The translations under genes were made by a program, and so were the position numbers. Shown one piece after another: positions 59,632 through 64,000 of a stretch of DNA of 64,000 nucleotides; position 1 is the stretch's first letter; each line of letters begins with the position of its first letter. Source of the DNA: Synechococcus sp. M44_DOE_062 (GTDB lineage: Bacteria > Cyanobacteriota > Cyanobacteriia > Thermostichales > Thermostichaceae); the NCBI GenBank assembly GCA_015295985.1, contig DVDX01000032.1, forward strand, positions 44,740 through 108,739. Reading direction: 5' to 3'. Under the pieces are notes generated by a model. It searched no databases and was not told the DNA's origin. It saw only the letters and a program-made list of their open reading frames with translations.

Positions 59632-61035
59632 ATGGCTCGCCGCAACACCTTGCAAGATGACCTCAACTACCAACAAGCCAAGCGCAGCTTGCGCCAGTGG
59701 GTGGCCCAACTGGATCTGCGCCCCCAGGAGGTCACGGGCCTGGAAGCCGAGCTGGAGGGCCTGCAAGCGCTGCTGGACAAGCTGGAAACCGAGGTGATCC
59801 ACATCGCCGCCTTCGGTCTGGTGGGGCGGGGCAAGTCTTCGCTGCTCAATGCCCTGTTGGGCGAGCCGGTCTTTGAGACGGGGCCAACCCACGGCGTCAC
59901 CCGTACCCATCGAGCTGCCGCTTGGAACATCAGTTGGGAAACCCGCCCCAAGGCTTCCTCTGCCCAGACTCAGGGATCCCACCTTCCCCCTGCATCCATT
60001 CAATCGGTGCAGGTCGCCCATTGGCAGGGATCCCGTCTGGAGCTGATCGACACCCCTGGCCTCGATGAAGTGGACGGCGAAGAGCGGGCGCGGCTGGCCC
60101 AAGAAGTGGCCCAGCGGGCGGATCTGATCCTGTTTGTCGTCTGCGGGGATCTGACGCGGGTGGAGTTTGAGGCCCTGGCCACCCTGCGGGAGGCGGGCAA
60201 GCCCATGCTGCTGGTGTTCAACAAGATTGACCAGTACCCAGAGGCGGATCGCCAAGCCATTTACGACAAGATCCGCAATGAACGGGTGCGGCAGCTCCTT
60301 TCTCCCAACGAGATCGTCATGGTGGCGGCCTCCCCTCGCGTACCCCGCCTGGTGCAAAGGCCGGATGGGAGCTTCGCTGCCCAGATGGAAGTGGGATCCC
60401 CGCAGGTGGATGAGCTGCGCCTGAAAATCCTGGAAGTGCTGCATCGGGAGGGGCGTTCGCTGCTGGCGTTAAATGCCCTCTTGTTTGCCGATCGCGTTAA
60501 CCAGCAGGTGATCGAGCGCAAGCTGCAAACCCGCGCCCAGCAAGCCCAAGACCTCATTGCCTCAGCCGCTCGCACCAAAGCGCTGGTGGTTGCCCTCAAC
60601 CCCATCACTCTGCTCGATACCTTGGGAGGGCTAGCCATCGATGTCACCCTGATCCTGCGCCTGTCCCGCCTATACGGCTGGCCCATGAGCACTGCGGGAG
60701 CCACACAACTGCTGCAGAAGATTGTCCTCAGCATGCTCAGCCTCGGCGCCGGCGAGTGGGTGGCGCTGTTGGGTCTGGGATCCTTAAAAACCTTGCTGGG
60801 GGGATTCTCTCTGGGGGCCTACGGTTCCGTGGCCCTGACGCAGGCGGTGTTGGCCGGGTTTTCCTGCTATGCCATTGGGGAGTCTGCCCGTCGCTACCTC
60901 GCCCAAGGGGCCAGTTGGGGGCCAGAGGGGCCCAAAGCCGCCATAGCCCAGATTTTGGCCGATTTGGACGAAGCCTCGATTACCGCCCGCCTGCGAGAGG
61001 AAATCCGCCGCAAAATCGGATTTGCTTTCCCCTGA
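59632..61035 (+). CDS. Era-like GTPase with a DUF697 C-terminus
   Basis: GLVGRGKSSLLN, DTPG, NKID, ALNPITLLD. Confidence 0.9.
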   Translation: MARRNTLQDDLNYQQAKRSLRQWVAQLDLRPQEVTGLEAELEGLQALLDKLETEVIHIAAFGLVGRGKSSLLNALLGEPVFETGPTHGVTRTHRAAAWNISWETRPKASSAQTQGSHLPPASIQSVQVAHWQGSRLELIDTPGLDEVDGEERARLAQEVAQRADLILFVVCGDLTRVEFEALATLREAGKPMLLVFNKIDQYPEADRQAIYDKIRNERVRQLLSPNEIVMVAASPRVPRLVQRPDGSFAAQMEVGSPQVDELRLKILEVLHREGRSLLALNALLFADRVNQQVIERKLQTRAQQAQDLIASAARTKALVVALNPITLLDTLGGLAIDVTLILRLSRLYGWPMSTAGATQLLQKIVLSMLSLGAGEWVALLGLGSLKTLLGGFSLGAYGSVALTQAVLAGFSCYAIGESARRYLAQGASWGPEGPKAAIAQILADLDEASITARLREEIRRKIGFAFP

Positions 61036-61071
61036 GCCTCTACAATCAGAGAGCCGAGCCGCATCGTTCGC

Positions 61072-61836
61072 ATGACCTACTGCCTTGGCATCATCACCCG
61101 CTTTGGCTTGGTGATGGCGGCAGATTCCCGCACCAACGCCGGGGTGGACTACGTCTCCACCTATCAAAAGCTGTTCGATTTTTCCGTGCCCGAAGAACGG
61201 GTGATCTTGATCTGCACCTCCGGCAACCTGTCCATCACCCAGGGCGTTTTGACGGAAGTGCAGCGGGATCTGCGCCAACAGGAAAGTTCCAATCTCCACA
61301 CCTTTCCCCACCTCTACGATGTGGCCCGCTACCTGGGATCCAAAATTCGGTACATTCAGGAGCAAGACCGACCCTGGCTGGAAAAAGACGGCATCGACGC
61401 CCAGTGCAGCCTCTTGTTGGGGGGACAGATCCGAGGCGAGGAGCCGGCCCTGTTTTTGATCTACAGCCAGGGCAACTGCATCCAGGCCACCCCGGAAACC
61501 CCTTTTTTGCAGGTGGGGGAAACCAAATACGGCAAGCCCATCCTGGATCGCACCCTCTCCTACGAAACCTCGCTGGCGGATGCGGCCAAATGCGCCCTCC
61601 TCTCCATCGACTCCACCATGAAATCCAACATCTCCGTCGGCCCCCCCATCGACCTGGTGATGGTGCAAGCAGATCAGTTCAAGGTCACCCACCGTCTGCG
61701 CCTGCGCACCGGGGATCCCTACCTGGCCAAGATGCGCAAACTGTGGGAAAGCGCCCTCAAACAAGCCTTCGACCAAATGCCCCCCATCGAGTGGGACTAC
61801 TCGGATCCAGCCGATCAAGAAGAGCCGCTCGACTGA
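61072..61836 (+). CDS. Proteasome-type (Anbu) threonine peptidase
   Basis: MTYC...ADSRTNAGVD, QVGETKYGKPILDR, DSTMKSNISVGPP. Confidence 0.92.
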   Translation: MTYCLGIITRFGLVMAADSRTNAGVDYVSTYQKLFDFSVPEERVILICTSGNLSITQGVLTEVQRDLRQQESSNLHTFPHLYDVARYLGSKIRYIQEQDRPWLEKDGIDAQCSLLLGGQIRGEEPALFLIYSQGNCIQATPETPFLQVGETKYGKPILDRTLSYETSLADAAKCALLSIDSTMKSNISVGPPIDLVMVQADQFKVTHRLRLRTGDPYLAKMRKLWESALKQAFDQMPPIEWDYSDPADQEEPLD

Positions 61837-61888
61837 GAGGGGGAGATTGGTAGGATAGGGGGTGCTCTATCTCTGCCCAACCCTTGCC

Positions 61889-62875
61889 ATGTCAGCCCAC
61901 ACCTTTCAAGACTTGATCTTTCGCCTGCAGCAGTTTTGGGGGGAGCAGGGCTGCTTGATCCTGCAACCCTACGACCTGGAAAAAGGCGCCGGAACCATGA
62001 GCCCCCACACGTTTTTGCGCGCCTTAGGGCCGGATCCCTGGCGGGTGGCCTATGTCGAGCCTTGTCGCCGCCCCACCGATGGACGCTACGGTCAAAACCC
62101 CAATCGCCTGCAGCATTATTTTCAATACCAAGTGCTGATCAAGCCCTCCCCCGACGACATTCAAGATGTGTACCTGGATAGCCTGCAAGCTTTGGGCGTG
62201 AATCCAGCAGAGCATGATATTCGCTTTGTGGAAGATGATTGGGAATCTCCCACCTTGGGGGCTTGGGGCGTGGGCTGGGAAGTGTGGCTAGACGGTATGG
62301 AAGTAACCCAGTTCACCTACTTTCAGCAGGTGGGCGGGCAAGATTGCCGCCCGGTTTCTGTAGAAATTACCTATGGGCTAGAGCGCCTGGCCATGTACCT
62401 GCAGGGAGTGGATTCTGTTTTCGATCTCTGCTGGAATGAGCATCCTTCTCTGGGACGGATTACTTATGGACAAATCTATTTCCAAAATGAGGTTGAGCAA
62501 TCTTATTACAACTTTGAGTATTCCGATCCGGGGATGCTGCTGGAGTTGTTCCGACTCTACGAAGCCGAGGCCAAACGTTTGATCGAGACCACCCAACAGA
62601 AACTGCAGAAACAGGTGTTGCCGGATCAGTTGGCCGTGTCTCTGCTCTTGCCCGCCTACGACTATGTGCTCAAGTGCTCCCACACCTTTAACCTGCTCGA
62701 CGCTCGCGGTGTCGTTGCTGTGGCCGAGCGCACCCTCTACATTGGGCGTATCCGTGACCTGGCTCGACAATTGGCGGAGCTGTACGTCAGCCAAGCAGAT
62801 CGACCGGGATCCACCTATGCCCTGCGGCAACCGGAGCCTACCTTGGTTTACAGGGGTGCCTCTCCCCAGAGTTAA
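61889..62875 (+). CDS. glyQ: Glycine--tRNA ligase alpha subunit
   Basis: [39 protein letters not shown]. Confidence 0.97.
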   Translation: MSAHTFQDLIFRLQQFWGEQGCLILQPYDLEKGAGTMSPHTFLRALGPDPWRVAYVEPCRRPTDGRYGQNPNRLQHYFQYQVLIKPSPDDIQDVYLDSLQALGVNPAEHDIRFVEDDWESPTLGAWGVGWEVWLDGMEVTQFTYFQQVGGQDCRPVSVEITYGLERLAMYLQGVDSVFDLCWNEHPSLGRITYGQIYFQNEVEQSYYNFEYSDPGMLLELFRLYEAEAKRLIETTQQKLQKQVLPDQLAVSLLLPAYDYVLKCSHTFNLLDARGVVAVAERTLYIGRIRDLARQLAELYVSQADRPGSTYALRQPEPTLVYRGASPQS

Positions 62876-63026
62876 TCCTTGAGAAAGGGATCCCACCTTT
62901 GGCTATGATAAGAGATTGGTGTCAGCAAGGTGCTGGCTGCCCAAAACAGCTCTTTTGGAAAGTCAGCGGCCTCGTTTTCATCTTTTTTTCTGGCCAGTTC
63001 ACCTGACTATTTCTCGGAAAAGCTTT

Positions 63027-63554
63027 ATGTTTCACCATCATCCCGTCACTCGGGTTTCCATCTTTATTGATGGTAACAATATGTTTTATGCTCAGCAAAA
63101 AAATGGCTGGTTTTTCGACCCACGCCGAGTGCTGGATTATTTTGTTAGATCACAGCCAAATGTTGAATTGGTCAACGCATTTTGGTACACCGGCATCAAG
63201 GATCCCCATGATCAGAGGGCTTTTCGAGATGCTCTGATCAGCCTGGGCTTCACTGTGCGCACCAAGATCCTCAAAGAATATCGAGACGAAGACTCCGGTC
63301 GGTACTCCCAAAAAGCAAACCTGGATATCGAAATTGTAATCGATATGTTCAACACCGTTGGGCAGTACGACAGGATCATTTTATTTAGCGGCGATGGAGA
63401 TTTTGAGCGAGCCGTCGAGTTGTTGCGTTCCAAAAACACACTGATTACGGTTGTCTCCACCGAAGGGATGATCGCCCGCGAGCTGCGCAACGCCACCGAC
63501 CGCTACATTGACCTCAACGACATTCGTCCTTACATTGAAAAGTTGGACAAGTAG
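63027..63554 (+). CDS. NYN-domain (LabA/DUF88) protein
   Basis: FIDGNNMFY, KANLDIEIVIDM, FSGDGDF. Confidence 0.92.
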   Translation: MFHHHPVTRVSIFIDGNNMFYAQQKNGWFFDPRRVLDYFVRSQPNVELVNAFWYTGIKDPHDQRAFRDALISLGFTVRTKILKEYRDEDSGRYSQKANLDIEIVIDMFNTVGQYDRIILFSGDGDFERAVELLRSKNTLITVVSTEGMIARELRNATDRYIDLNDIRPYIEKLDK

Positions 63555-63872
63555 GGCTTTGGGCATCGGTTCTGAACCACGGGCCAGCCTCATAGCCTCC
63601 TAGCGAGCTTGCGACAACACCGCCTGAGCTTGCTTTGGCTTTTTCCATCTTCATGGGATCCCATCCCTGCCACACAAGCGGCACGTCCGTTGTACCGGTC
63701 ATCGTCGGCGTTGCCGGAAAAAAGCTGCCCCGGCCAATGCGGAGGACGCTCCGGTGCCCGACAGAAGAGCTGTATCTTCTCCCCTCAGCAGCCAACTTTT
63801 GAGCAACCTTGGCTTGGGCAGAGGGCCAGACAGGCTAGCATTGTAAAAAATCTTTGCCCTGATCAGGTTTTT

Positions 63873-64000
63873 ATGACCGGCGTTCCTGTCTCCCGCATTC
63901 GCAACTTTTCCATCATCGCCCACATCGACCACGGCAAGTCCACCCTCGCCGATCGCCTCCTGCAGGAAACGGGCACCGTTTCGGCTCGCGAGATGAAGCC
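63873..64000 (+). CDS. lepA: Elongation factor 4 (5' part, runs off the window)
   Basis: Manual translation [34 protein letters not shown]; not in the ORF track. Confidence 0.93.
   Translation, partial: MTGVPVSRIRNFSIIAHIDHGKSTLADRLLQETGTVSAREMK

Larger units (their letters stand above)
300..63662. repeat. Highly iterated palindrome GGGATCCC (HIP1 variant) dispersed across the window
   Basis: Dozens of GGGATCCC copies in coding and intergenic DNA, e.g. 300-307, 945-952, 1717-1724, 63655-63662; none found by eye inside the TnpB element. Confidence 0.9.

Noticed and set aside
1-64000. CRISPR array, cas genes or rRNA
   Set aside because: No regularly spaced 25-40 nt repeats with unique spacers, no cas motifs and no rRNA signature seen

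Overview
A 64 kb stretch of core chromosome from a GC-rich cyanobacterium. The pervasive GGGATCCC octamer and gene content point to the Yellowstone-type thermophilic Synechococcus/Thermostichus A/B' lineage (inference). Most of it is housekeeping: aspC, prfC, rne-rnhB-tRNA-Arg(CCG), msrP, ppc, ribD, crtE, hemE, mreBCD, sigF, hisD, glyQ and the start of lepA. Embedded accessory or unusual pieces are: (1) a ParA lacking the signature lysine plus a disordered partner, resembling a type-1 McdAB organelle-positioning pair; (2) a gas-vesicle cluster gvpA-C-N-J next to hfq, a reduced V4R/globin (Pap-like) operon and a truncated HmpF-like gene; (3) rutC-rutB without rutA, behind an NtcA-geometry promoter; (4) a decayed IS891-like TnpB element. 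The DNA also shows a layered set of tiny mobile elements absent from the ORF track. A ~110-bp TA-flanked MITE-like repeat has four copies. A 24-nt dispersed repeat sits twice inside tnpB and in intergenic DNA, with related sequence nested inside one MITE copy. Also seen are a nonsense-broken Npun_F0494-like gene, a very basic 77-aa ORF with no acidic residues, and a ferritin-like protein missing one iron-ligand His. No CRISPR array or rRNA was seen. All family assignments come from motif recognition; no database search was run.
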